A DNA stretch of 24,000 bases, taken from assembly GCA_963813525.1 (NCBI GenBank), contig CAWEZI010000005.1, positions 174,798-198,797 of the forward strand. The letters are read 5' to 3'. A model generated the notes under the pieces. It had not been told where the DNA came from. It saw nothing but the letters and a program-made list of their open reading frames with translations, and ran no database searches. Source of the stretch: an uncultured Acidimicrobiaceae bacterium. GTDB taxonomy: Bacteria > Actinomycetota > Acidimicrobiia > Acidimicrobiales > RAAP-2. Numbering within the stretch: position 1 is the first letter of the stretch; every line of letters starts with the position of its first letter. Position numbers and translations under genes: made by a program. Shown here in pieces: positions 1 to 7,982 of this stretch.

Positions 1-102
1 GCCCTGGTGGAGACCGGGCGGCAGGCCGACGGCTCGGTGGTACTCCCCGAAGTGCTGGCTCCCTACCTCGGGGGCCAGCTGGTCATCGCCAGCCGGCAGT
101 GA
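1..102 (+). CDS. serS: seryl-tRNA synthetase, C-terminal end (partial, starts upstream of window)
   Basis: Frame 1 is open from the window edge to TGA at 100-102. The translation ALVETGRQADGSVVLPEVLAPYLGGQLVIASRQ fits the conserved SerS C-terminal pattern ADGSV-x-(I/L)PExLxPYxGG, recalled from memory. Confidence 0.7.
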   Translation, partial: ALVETGRQADGSVVLPEVLAPYLGGQLVIASRQ

Positions 103-210
103 GCCGACCCACACAGCCGGCGTTGGCCTAGCGGAGCGCCTTGTCGCACCCACCGCGCGGTGTGATAGCACCGACGCACGCTTGCGGCACCGGCGCTGCG
201 GCGGTCCCGG

Positions 211-1080
211 TTACTGGCTGGCCGCGTCGCGGGGGACGTCGAAGCGGTAGCCGACACCACGGATGGTGGTGATCAACTTGGGCGAGGAGGGGTCCTCCTC
301 GACATGACTGCGCAGTCGTTTGATATGGACGTCGAGGGTCTTGGTGTCACCGAAGTAATCGGAGCCCCAGATCCGGTCGATGAGGACATCGCGGGTCAGG
401 AGACGTCCTGCGTTCTCCATCAGCAGCGAGAGCAGCTCGAATTCCTTGCGGCGCAGGTGGACGTCCTGGCCGCGCACGAACACCAGATGGCGGTCGGGAT
501 CGATCTGGATGCCACCGGCGTCCAGGACCGCATTGGCCGGGAGACCGACGTCGCCGTTGCGCACCGTGCCGGCCAGACCACCCATGGCCGGGTGATTCAC
601 TGCGGCGGCGTCTCCGGGCCCACCGATCCCTCCCGCCCCTCCGAGCCCTCCCGGCCCTCCGTCGGTCGCCGGCGTCCGGCGCAGGACGGCACGCATCCGG
701 GCGACCAATTCGCGTAGGCGGTAGGGCTTGGAGACATAGTCGTCAGCGCCCACTTCGAGACCTACCACGGTGTCGATCTCCGTTCCCTTGGCCGTGACCA
801 TGATGATGGGAACGGCCGAGCGGGCTCGGATCGAGCGGCACACATCGATGCCGGACAGACGGGGCAGCATGAGATCGAGCAGTACCAGATCCGGTTCGAC
901 GGCGGCGAACAGGCGGAGGGCCTCGTTGCCGTCCCGGGCCACCGAAACGTCGAACCCCTCGCGACCGAGCCCGATGACCAGAGCATCTATGAACGACTCG
1001 TCGTCCTCGGCCAGCAAAACCTTGGTCTGCAGTACTTCGGGCGCCGGGGGTGCCGCCGCCGCCGCCGTCTTCTTGCTCAT
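211..1080 (-). CDS. regX3: OmpR-family response regulator, RegX3-like, with unusually long Gly-rich interdomain linker
   Basis: 289-aa ORF. The receiver domain (LLAEDDES...DLVLLDLMLP...VPIIMVTAKGTEIDTVVGLEVGADDYVSKPY) is close to RegX3 as I remember it. The C-terminal winged HTH reads LTRDVLIDRIWG...TLDVHIKRLR...IRGVGYRF. The ATG overlaps the stop of the upstream kinase gene (ATGA at 1077-1080). Confidence 0.9.
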   Translation of the reverse strand: MSKKTAAAAAPPAPEVLQTKVLLAEDDESFIDALVIGLGREGFDVSVARDGNEALRLFAAVEPDLVLLDLMLPRLSGIDVCRSIRARSAVPIIMVTAKGTEIDTVVGLEVGADDYVSKPYRLRELVARMRAVLRRTPATDGGPGGLGGAGGIGGPGDAAAVNHPAMGGLAGTVRNGDVGLPANAVLDAGGIQIDPDRHLVFVRGQDVHLRRKEFELLSLLMENAGRLLTRDVLIDRIWGSDYFGDTKTLDVHIKRLRSHVEEDPSSPKLITTIRGVGYRFDVPRDAASQ

Positions 1081-2315
1081 GCCGAGTACTCGGGGGGGCT
1101 GGGAAGGATGAGAGTGAACGTCGACCCCTCGCCTTCGCGTGAGTCGACCTCGACGTGCCCCTGGTGGTTGCTGGCCACGTGACGGACGATCGACAGCCCG
1201 AGGCCGGTGCCCCCCGATTCGCGACTGCGACCGTGGTCCACACGGTAGAAGCGCTCGAAGATGCGTTCGAGGTCGCGCGCCGGAATGCCGACGCCGGTAT
1301 CGGCCACGGTCAGCTGCACGTGGCCGTCGGAGCGGTCCCCGGCCACCTTCACGGTGCCGTCCTCGTACGAGAAGGTCACGGCGTTCTCGAGCAGGCTGTG
1401 GATGGCCGAAACCAGCTGGCGGCGGTCGCCCAGCACGTACACCGGAGGTTCTGGCTCATCGAGCTCGATGGTAATGCGTCTCTGCTCGGCCGCCGATCTG
1501 ACCCGCTCGATGGCTTCAGCCATGACCAGGTTGATGTAGATCGGCTCCCGTGGTGGGGACTCCTCCGATTCGATACGGCTGAGGTCGAGGAGGTCGTCGA
1601 TGATGCGGCTGACCCGGAAGGCCTCGGCGTTGATGCGCAGGGCCAGGCGCTGGGCGACAATGGCGTCCCGCTCGACGGTGAGGGTCTCGGCCAGCAGACC
1701 GAGGGCGCCGATGGGGGTCTTGAGCTCGTGGCTCACGTTGGCCACGAAATCCCGACGGATCTCCTCGAGTCGTCTCCGCTCGGATATGTCCTCGATGATG
1801 GCGATCACACCGAGAGGCCGTCGCCCGTCGTCGACCAGTCTCGTCCGCACATTCAGCGTCTGACGTGGCGGTCCGTACAGATCGAGGGTGCGTTCGGCCG
1901 AGCCGTCCTGCCAGGCGTTCTCGAGCATTTCGGTTACCGCCTGAGCGGCCAGGGCGTCACCGTGACGGTTGTTCATCAGGGCATTGGCGCGGGCGTTGCG
2001 AAAGGCCACGTCACCGTTCTCGTCGCAGACGATGACCCCCTGGGGCAGGGTATCGAGAGCCCGACGCAGACGAATGGCGTCGGAGCTGGCCTCGGTGACC
2101 GCTTCGGCCGCCTCGCCGGTGACCTTCTCGAGGTGGCCGAGGACGGGCTCGACCCCGCCATCGTCGGGGGGCTCGACCCCGAGGCGGTTGGACAGAGCGG
2201 TGAGCCTTTGCTGAAGAGCCCGACGCCCGGCCCGCCGCCCCAGCCGGGCAGCGATGTACACGGCCAGGACGGCCACCACCCCCAGGACCACGTACCCGAT
2301 GACGTAAGGCTTCAC
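1077..2315 (-). CDS. senX3: sensor histidine kinase, SenX3-like (N-terminal TM, PAS-like region, HisKA, HATPase_c)
   Basis: 412-aa ORF with H-box FVANVSHELKTPIG, N-box LLENAVTFS, G1 DTGVGIP and G2 GGTGLGLSIV. It has an N-terminal hydrophobic helix and is translationally coupled to the response regulator. Confidence 0.9.
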   Translation of the reverse strand: MKPYVIGYVVLGVVAVLAVYIAARLGRRAGRRALQQRLTALSNRLGVEPPDDGGVEPVLGHLEKVTGEAAEAVTEASSDAIRLRRALDTLPQGVIVCDENGDVAFRNARANALMNNRHGDALAAQAVTEMLENAWQDGSAERTLDLYGPPRQTLNVRTRLVDDGRRPLGVIAIIEDISERRRLEEIRRDFVANVSHELKTPIGALGLLAETLTVERDAIVAQRLALRINAEAFRVSRIIDDLLDLSRIESEESPPREPIYINLVMAEAIERVRSAAEQRRITIELDEPEPPVYVLGDRRQLVSAIHSLLENAVTFSYEDGTVKVAGDRSDGHVQLTVADTGVGIPARDLERIFERFYRVDHGRSRESGGTGLGLSIVRHVASNHQGHVEVDSREGEGSTFTLILPSPPEYSA

Positions 2316-2395
2316 GGCCTAAGCATGACAGGCCGGTGACTCCACCGTGGGCTTCCTCCGCCCACACCGTCTGTAATGAAAAACCATGAAAAGTA

Positions 2396-2424
2396 TTGAA
2401 ATGCCGTTTGTGGTTCTCTACTGT
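2396..2424 (+). promoter_or_regulatory. candidate sigma-70-type promoter giving a leaderless transcript for the T4SS-like operon
   Basis: TTGAAA (2396-2401), a 17-nt spacer, then TACTGT (2419-2424), which fits TANNNT. The ATG at 2432 lies 7 nt after the -10 and has no SD, the usual geometry for actinobacterial leaderless mRNAs. The patch is AT-rich within GC-rich DNA. Confidence 0.4.
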
Positions 2425-2431
2425 GAATTCC

Positions 2432-2845
2432 ATGACCTCGACGCCCCTGATTCCGACCTCCGCTGCCTTCGCCCACTTCCTCGCGGCTTCATCGATCTGT
2501 CGTCCCGCCCCGGTCGTCGCGCCCACTTCGGGTGTGACCGGTGTGGTTCATGCCGTACTGACCGCCACCTCCAATCTTCAGCTCACACCGGACACCGGCG
2601 CACTCCCGGGCGGGGACGTCCTCCAGAAGTTGATGAACGGCCTGGACGGGTGGGCCCTGGCTCTATCCCTGGTCGGTCTGGTGGTCGGGGCGGCGGCCTG
2701 GGCCCTCGGCTCGCACGGACAGAACTACCAGCAGAGTTACGTCGGCCGTCGTGCCGTGCTCATCTCCGGGTTCGCTGCTTTGTTGATCGGGGCAGGTCCG
2801 GGCATCGTCAACTTCTTCTTCAACACCGGACAGGGCGTCCACTGA
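2432..2845 (+). CDS. small membrane protein with two C-terminal TM helices, VirB2/TrbC pilin-like in topology (T4SS-associated)
   Basis: The ORF-track frame runs 2396-2845. I prefer the ATG at 2432 because 2396 is the putative -35. TM segments are WALALSLVGLVVGAAAWALG and AVLISGFAALLIGAGPGIV, after an N-terminal leader-like region. It is the first gene of the coupled operon (TGA 2843-2845, next ATG 2847). Confidence 0.6.
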   Translation: MTSTPLIPTSAAFAHFLAASSICRPAPVVAPTSGVTGVVHAVLTATSNLQLTPDTGALPGGDVLQKLMNGLDGWALALSLVGLVVGAAAWALGSHGQNYQQSYVGRRAVLISGFAALLIGAGPGIVNFFFNTGQGVH

Positions 2846-2846
2846 G

Positions 2847-3614
2847 ATGACCGGCATCGGGGGGTTGCCGATCGTGCCGGATGTGTCCTGTCCGTCGGTG
2901 GCTTCTGCCTTGGCCACGTCGGGACTCAGCACCGCCTGCAAGGTCACCTCGTCAGTCACATCGGCGGTCACCTCATCCGCCGTTTCCTCCGTCGCCTCAT
3001 CGCTGGCCGGGCTCGGAGTGGACAGTGTGCTCAATGCCGTCGGTAGTTGGGTCACCGCCGGGGCCAGCTGGCTGTTGGCTCAGATCGGCGCCGTCATCAC
3101 CAGCACCACCTCTGTGGATCTCGGAGCTTCGTGGTTCTTATCCAACTACGCCACGATGGTGGCCCTGGCCGGCGTGGTCATCGTCCCCATGCTGCTGCTC
3201 GGGATCATGCAGGCCGTCTACAGGCAGAACGGCTCGATGCTGATCCGCTCGGTGCTGGTCAATGTGCCCCTGGCCCTGCTGCTGACGGCAGTGGCCGTAA
3301 AGCTGGTGTCGCTGGGACTGGCGTTGACCGACACCATGAGTGATGTCGTCTCGCACGGGGCGGGGGTCGACGCCGGGCGATTCCTCTCGGAGGTGAGTGT
3401 CGGTTTGTCCGGGTCTGGCACCGCTCAACCCGCCGTGCCCACCTTCGTCCTGTTCATCGCCGGCCTGGTGGTCGTATTCGGTGCGCTGATGGTGTGGGTC
3501 GAGCTCCTCATCCGTTCCGCCGCCATCTACGTGGCCGTGCTCTTCCTGCCGCTGGTGTTGGCCAGCCTGGCCTGGCCCGCTATAGCCCACTGGTGCCGTC
3601 CACTGTTTACATAG
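2847..3614 (+). CDS. VirB6/TrbL-like polytopic membrane protein, 5' fragment (host codons 2847-3599; last 4 codons plus stop come from the inserted element)
   Basis: Multiple TM helices. The sequence ...AAIYVAVLFLPLVLASLAWPAIAHWCR is followed by PLFT-stop, read from element DNA. The natural continuation RLVDTLVALILGKFVIV... is found in frame at 17647 onward. Confidence 0.8.
   Translation: MTGIGGLPIVPDVSCPSVASALATSGLSTACKVTSSVTSAVTSSAVSSVASSLAGLGVDSVLNAVGSWVTAGASWLLAQIGAVITSTTSVDLGASWFLSNYATMVALAGVVIVPMLLLGIMQAVYRQNGSMLIRSVLVNVPLALLLTAVAVKLVSLGLALTDTMSDVVSHGAGVDAGRFLSEVSVGLSGSGTAQPAVPTFVLFIAGLVVVFGALMVWVELLIRSAAIYVAVLFLPLVLASLAWPAIAHWCRPLFT
3596..3600. other. attL crossover core (CCGTC) of the integrated element
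   Basis: CCGTC is identical at 3596-3600 and 17643-17647, and the bases immediately flanking it differ on both sides. Host-type coding sequence stops here. Confidence 0.75.
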
Positions 3615-3668
3615 ATACCTTGGCTTGGTAAGGTGGCCCTGCATGGAAACCAGCCATGACCAGGAAGA

Positions 3669-5165
3669 ATGCGAGCCGGCCCGGTGTCCGTCATGAGAGC
3701 GGCGATCTACTGTCGCATCTCGTCGGACCGGGACGACACCAAGCTCGGCGTGGAGCGGCAGGAGCAGGACTGTCGCCAGCTGTGTGCAGACGAGGGCTGG
3801 ACGATCGTCGGGCCATACATCGACAACGACATCTCCGCCGCCGACCCGACGAAGGTCCGGCCGGAGTACCGGCGCCTGCTGAAGGACATCGAAGGCGGGA
3901 TGGTAGACGCGGTGGTCGTGTGGGCTGAGGACCGCTTGCACCGGCAGCCGATCGAGCTGGAGGAGTTCGTCAAGACGTGCGACCAGGCGGGAGTGACCAA
4001 GCTCGTGACCGTGTCGGGGACGATCGACATGGGCACCGGCGACGGCATGATGATCGCTCGCATCAAGGGAGCAGTCGCCGCTGAGGAAGTCCGCAAGATG
4101 AAGCAGCGGGTTATGCGGCGCAAGCTCCAGAAGGCGCAGAACGGGGAGTACGCCGGTGGGCTCCGACCGTACGGCTTCGATGCAGACGGCGTAACGCACA
4201 AGCTCGACGAGGTCGAGCTGATCCACGAGGCCATGAGACGGGCACTGGAGGGAGAGAGCCTCCGGTCGGTGTCTGAGGACTGGAACAGCAGAGGTCTCCA
4301 GACGGTCCGCGGCAAGCGCTGGTCCCCGACGATGGTCAAGCGGCTGCTCGTGTCGCCTCGCATGGCGGGACTTCGCCAGCACCAAGGAGAGATCATCGGA
4401 GATGGGGCATGGGAGCCCGTGATCGACCGAGCGACGTGGGAGCAGCTCTGTGCAGTACTACTAGATCCGTCCAGGCGGAAGCCTCCAGCTTCACGCAAGT
4501 ACCCTCTCGTCGGAGTCCTGGTCTGCGCGCAGTGTGGGTCAGACATGAAGGCGATGCCGAACGGTGGGCGTAGGCGCTACGGCTGTAAGTCGGAGACCGG
4601 CGGTTGTGGGAAGACCTACGTCCTAGCGGACCCGATTGAGAGCGTGGTCTACGGGACGATCGTCCCACTGGCGGACTCGCCCGCCTTGAGAGACGCGGCG
4701 CTAGCGGAAGAGGAGAGCACGGCCGAGGAAGCCCGCTCCCTGGTGATGGAGAACGCCGCCGACGAGAAGATGCTCACCCAACTAGAGGACGATTACGCCG
4801 ACCGGACTATCGACAAGAAGGCATACATCCGGCAGAGCAGGCGCCTGCAGGATCGCATCGAGAAGAGGGACGGTCGGCTGACGGCGATGCGAGGGCAGTC
4901 CGCTCTCGATCGGCTCGGTGGTCACGTAGCGGAGCGGTGGGACGAGATGAGCGCAGAAGACCGCCGGATGATAGTGCTGGCGGTCGTGAACCAGGTGACG
5001 GTTGGGGCGCAGCTCGTGAAGGGCTCCAACAGGTTCGACCCGAAGCGGCTGGGATGGAGCTTCCGCTACGAGCAGCTGTCGAAAGTAGCCAGCAGCGGAG
5101 GTCTGATGGGTTGGCCGCCTAAGCCGTTCGACCTCGAAGAGGCGAGGCGCTTGCTGCTCGGGTAG
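3669..5165 (+). CDS. large serine recombinase (integrase)
   Basis: The canonical N-terminus MRAAIYCRISSD (catalytic Ser) begins at the ATG at 3693, which is probably the true start; the track start is 3669. Resolvase catalytic domain, recombinase domain, zinc ribbon CAQCGSDM...YGCKSETGGCGKTY and a C-terminal coiled-coil region are present. The gene lies directly inside attL. Confidence 0.93.
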   Translation: MRAGPVSVMRAAIYCRISSDRDDTKLGVERQEQDCRQLCADEGWTIVGPYIDNDISAADPTKVRPEYRRLLKDIEGGMVDAVVVWAEDRLHRQPIELEEFVKTCDQAGVTKLVTVSGTIDMGTGDGMMIARIKGAVAAEEVRKMKQRVMRRKLQKAQNGEYAGGLRPYGFDADGVTHKLDEVELIHEAMRRALEGESLRSVSEDWNSRGLQTVRGKRWSPTMVKRLLVSPRMAGLRQHQGEIIGDGAWEPVIDRATWEQLCAVLLDPSRRKPPASRKYPLVGVLVCAQCGSDMKAMPNGGRRRYGCKSETGGCGKTYVLADPIESVVYGTIVPLADSPALRDAALAEEESTAEEARSLVMENAADEKMLTQLEDDYADRTIDKKAYIRQSRRLQDRIEKRDGRLTAMRGQSALDRLGGHVAERWDEMSAEDRRMIVLAVVNQVTVGAQLVKGSNRFDPKRLGWSFRYEQLSKVASSGGLMGWPPKPFDLEEARRLLLG

Positions 5166-5197
5166 GCGTTGGCGGGGTAAGTGGGGGCATCGTAGGT

Positions 5198-5243
5198 GCT
5201 CGCAGGGGAGCGAAGAGAGATCCAGACAAACTCCCCCGCGAGC
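5198..5243 (+). terminator. stem-loop downstream of the integrase gene (possible terminator)
   Basis: GCTCGCAGGGGAG (5198-5210) pairs with CTCCCCCGCGAGC (5231-5243) at 12/13 positions with a 20-nt loop. There is no U-tract. Confidence 0.3.
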
Positions 5244-5458
5244 ATCCTGTAGAGGACATCGGCAAGCGCACGGAGACCTTGAGCGTGACCCGCTGGCACG
5301 CAGGGTCACTCGTGAGGTCCTGGCTGTGAGTCGATGTAGGTCTACGTCACCCTGCTGGGCACCCGCGCCGGGCGTACGCCAGGTGCAGCTTCCACCACCG
5401 CACGGAGGTAACTAGGGGTTAAAAAGTGCCTCTGACCTGCGAGTTTGCAGTAGTTGCG

Positions 5459-5467
5459 TGTTAAAAT
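5459..5467 (+). promoter_or_regulatory. candidate extended -10 promoter element for the rightward replication/early operon
   Basis: TGTTAAAAT (TGn + TAAAAT) sits in the only AT-rich patch of the 5166-5509 intergenic region, about 45 nt upstream of the SD AGGAGA and the ATG at 5510. Confidence 0.3.
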
Positions 5468-5509
5468 AAATCAGGAACTAGACCACAAGCACCACAGAGG
5501 AGAACCACC

Positions 5510-5704
5510 ATGTCACGAGAAGTCCAAGCGTTAACGCTCTCGCAAGTCGCCGAGCGGCTCAACATCACGTACGCCACCGTTTACGCAATGGTGCACGACG
5601 GCCGTCTGCGGTCGTTTCGGCTCGGTAACGGCAGCCACGCGCGATTTCGGGTCACGGAAGAGGACCTCACGGCGTTCGTCATGCGAGACATGGCGCAGCC
5701 GTGA
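5510..5704 (+). CDS. excisionase-family (MerR-like) helix-turn-helix protein; candidate recombination directionality factor or regulator
   Basis: 64 aa. LTLSQVAERLNITYATVYAMVHDGRLRSFRLG...RFRVTEEDLTAFV is the classic HTH_17/Xis-type pattern. A strong SD, AGGAGA, lies 6 nt upstream. Confidence 0.8.
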   Translation: MSREVQALTLSQVAERLNITYATVYAMVHDGRLRSFRLGNGSHARFRVTEEDLTAFVMRDMAQP

Positions 5705-5729
5705 GTCAAGGACAGCGACCAAGGAGACG

Positions 5730-5939
5730 ATGAAGATGAGTGATGGGAACAACCTGGCCATCGCACTTGCGAAGCGCGTCATCGACGTTCTCCACAATGA
5801 GCATGGGATGGAGCCTGGGATGGAGAGGCGCGCAGCGTTGAGTGACGTGATGGACCGCCTCGACTTCCTCTACGCGTCGACAGATTGGGAGATCCACGAG
5901 GCGATCGCCGCCTACTTCCGTGAGCGAGAGGAGACGTGA
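5730..5939 (+). CDS. hypothetical small acidic protein
   Basis: 69-aa ORF with SD AAGGAG at 5721-5726; the ATG at 5736 has better spacing than 5730. The stop overlaps the start region of the next gene (GTGATG at 5936-5941). Confidence 0.55.
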   Translation: MKMSDGNNLAIALAKRVIDVLHNEHGMEPGMERRAALSDVMDRLDFLYASTDWEIHEAIAAYFREREET

Positions 5940-7354
5940 TGGAGGACGACATCGACCCGAAGGCAGAGCGTGGCGACACGCAGCTCGCGCTAGCCGCCGC
6001 CGCTGTCGAGACGTTGCGTGGTCGAGCTGTATGGCGACAGACCCGCCGTGAGTGGTGGATGCGGGCCAAAGACGACCCATCGATGGTCTGGACGGAGGAA
6101 GACCGCGAAGGCGTAGGAATCGCGGTTCGCGATGTCGTCTTCGCGGCCAAGCCAGCCGCCGTTGCCGGAACCGTCGACGCTGTGAAGCGACTCGCCAGGC
6201 TAGAGCTGAGCGTGAGCGAGAGCGTCTGGGACCGACACCCGTGGCTGATGCCTTGCGCCAATGGCGTGCTCGATCTGCAGACTCAGACGCTGCTGAAAGA
6301 CCCAGCGCCCGAGCTGTACATCACGAAGGTGGCTCCCGCTGCCTATGACCCAGGTGCCGAACGTGACCTCGTTGAGGCGCACGTGAAGATGCTCTTCGAG
6401 GGAGACGAGGATCTAGCGCACTGCTTTCAAAAGCAGGTAGGCGCGGCGCTTGTGGGAGACGCAGAGTCCGAGAAGCCACAAGTGTTCGTCGTCCTCATCG
6501 GTCCATCCGGTGGTGGCAAAGGTACGACGACGCACGCACTCAGTAAGGCGCTGGGGAGCTACGTATCGTCCTTCAACGCCGGGGACTTCGTGAAGAAGAA
6601 GACCGAGCGCCACCTCGCTTGGATGCGGGACTTCGACGGAGTTCGCATCGCCGTCATTGAGGAGCTGAAACCCCAGCCACTGGACGTTGGCTTGGTCAAG
6701 AAGCTGAGTGGAGGCGACACGCTCGTCGCGAACGAGATGAGGATGGCCGACAGCAAATGGGTGCCGTCTCACACGATGTTCTTCACTTCGAACGTCGCTC
6801 CGGACTTTGACGGCGATGTGGTCGGTATTCCCCGCCGCTACGTACCGCTGGCCACCGGCCCGCAACGCCAAGACCCGGACGGAGACTACGTGAAGCGAGT
6901 GCTCCGTCAGAGCGAGGGATGGCTGGCGTGGGCGATCGAGGGCACGCGGATGTGGCTGGAGGAAGACGACGGTGGACTCATCACCCTGCCGAAGCGAGTG
7001 ATCGAACTCCGAGACTCGCACATCGTGGACGACGACCCGTTCTCTGAGTTCATCACAGAGTGGATCGAGGTACGTCCAGACAGCGCCTGCTGGCGCGACC
7101 AAGTGCACAGCGCCTTCCAGCGCTGGTCGATCGACCAAGGCGACTACAAAGTACGCGTTGGCAGTGACCCGCGCTGGAAGGCACTCCACACCCGGCTCGA
7201 CATGATCCCAGGCGTCACCCAGAAGCGGTCAAGCACACAGCGCGGGTGGGCCGGCATCCACGTGCGAGACCTCTCGCTGAGCGAACACTTCGGCGCGACC
7301 GGCCACAGCTCGCCACTGCAAGAGCTAGCTGACGGCCTCACTCGCAGGGGCTGA
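5939..7354 (+). CDS. phage/plasmid primase-helicase, P4/D5 family (D5_N plus SF3 NTPase domain)
   Basis: PCANGVLDLQTQTLLKDPAPELYITKVAPAAYDP is the D5_N signature. Walker A is LIGPSGGGKGT and Walker B-like is RIAVIEEL. SD AGGAG lies 5 nt before the ATG at 5939; the track start is the GTG at 5936. I see no separate primase catalytic domain in the short N-terminus. Confidence 0.88.
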   Translation: MEDDIDPKAERGDTQLALAAAAVETLRGRAVWRQTRREWWMRAKDDPSMVWTEEDREGVGIAVRDVVFAAKPAAVAGTVDAVKRLARLELSVSESVWDRHPWLMPCANGVLDLQTQTLLKDPAPELYITKVAPAAYDPGAERDLVEAHVKMLFEGDEDLAHCFQKQVGAALVGDAESEKPQVFVVLIGPSGGGKGTTTHALSKALGSYVSSFNAGDFVKKKTERHLAWMRDFDGVRIAVIEELKPQPLDVGLVKKLSGGDTLVANEMRMADSKWVPSHTMFFTSNVAPDFDGDVVGIPRRYVPLATGPQRQDPDGDYVKRVLRQSEGWLAWAIEGTRMWLEEDDGGLITLPKRVIELRDSHIVDDDPFSEFITEWIEVRPDSACWRDQVHSAFQRWSIDQGDYKVRVGSDPRWKALHTRLDMIPGVTQKRSSTQRGWAGIHVRDLSLSEHFGATGHSSPLQELADGLTRRG

Positions 7355-7588
7355 CACTCAAGGCTGACATTCGGTGACAGCCGTGTCAGCGCAAAGACAG
7401 CCTTTGAGTCCGAGGCTGACACCGCTATCGGATATGGGTAGGGCATGTTTGTGGGTACTTAGTGTCAGGTATGTCAAGTAGTTCTACAGGTTGACGAGAG
7501 ATTCCAGAGAAGCAGTCCCTTGAATACGAGATGTTCCCGGGAGTTACTCCCACTGCGAACCCAGCAAACTACCTGACACACCTGACAC
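7351..7588. repeat. iteron array (CTGACAC / GTGTCAG), putative origin of replication
   Basis: Exact CTGACAC at 7351, 7416, 7573 and 7582. The reverse complement GTGTCAG at 7383 and 7462. Variants CTGACAT at 7364 and GTGACAG at 7374. The array begins at the 3' end of the primase-helicase gene in otherwise non-coding DNA. Confidence 0.6.
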
Positions 7589-7673
7589 CGCTGAGCAGGG
7601 TACAGCGCTCTGACCTGGTACTTCGCGCTCGCGTGCGTGATACGATGGATCCCCCGGATTTGGAGGTTCTCAC

Positions 7674-7847
7674 ATGGATAAGCAGTTCAACGTAGGCGCA
7701 CGCGTCCTCGTTCAGCCCTACGGGATGGTAGGTGACGTGGAGGCGATCGGGCGAGGATGCGCTCGGGTGCGGGACGTGAAGTTGAACCGCAATGGCCGCC
7801 GCTCGTTCTACCACTTCCCTCTCGACTTCTTGAAGTTGGCCGTCTGA
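7674..7847 (+). CDS. small protein (57 aa), SH3/KOW-like by pattern
   Basis: ATG at 7674 with SD GGAGG 7 nt upstream. Product is MDKQFNVGARVLVQPYGMVGDVEAIGRGCARVRDV.... It is below the ORF-track size cut-off. The stop overlaps the next ATG (TGATG at 7845-7849). Confidence 0.5.
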   Translation: MDKQFNVGARVLVQPYGMVGDVEAIGRGCARVRDVKLNRNGRRSFYHFPLDFLKLAV

Positions 7848-7969
7848 TGGTGGCGGACGTGAGGCTGCCCTCGCTGTTCAGACCGAGGCAGAGGCCAGTG
7901 GAGCTGTGGCGGGAGATTCGAGACCATCGAGACGTGGCTCGCTTGTACGTACAGGTGCTGTGGACGTGA
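7847..7969 (+). CDS. small hypothetical protein (40 aa)
   Basis: The ATG overlaps the upstream stop. Third-position GC is about 80 percent by my manual count, the strongest coding bias in this segment. Confidence 0.45.
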   Translation: MVADVRLPSLFRPRQRPVELWREIRDHRDVARLYVQVLWT

Positions 7970-7982
7970 CGGTCGAAGCGAC

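Noticed and set aside
151-162. Perfect 12-bp palindrome CACCGCGCGGTG between the convergent serS and regX3-like genes, a possible bidirectional terminator.
   Set aside because: The stem would be only 4 bp with a 4-nt loop and no U-tract. That is too weak to call, and such GC palindromes are common by chance in this composition.
3138-4385. 415-aa minus-strand ORF antisense to the integrase. Similar long antisense or alternative-frame ORFs occur at 1155-2339 (+), 8884-9633 (-), 10442-11176 (-), 18300-19097 (-), 19066-19692 (-) and 20602-21291 (-).
   Set aside because: They overlap genes with clear domain signatures. Their products are Arg/Pro/His/Gly-rich low-complexity sequences with no motifs. 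These are the expected stop-codon-poor shadow frames of high-GC DNA.
5066-5299. 77-aa minus-strand ORF in the integrase-downstream region, considered as a possible repressor gene divergent from the early operon.
   Set aside because: It overlaps the integrase 3' end by about 100 nt. It has no HTH pattern and no SD, and its composition is typical of a shadow frame.
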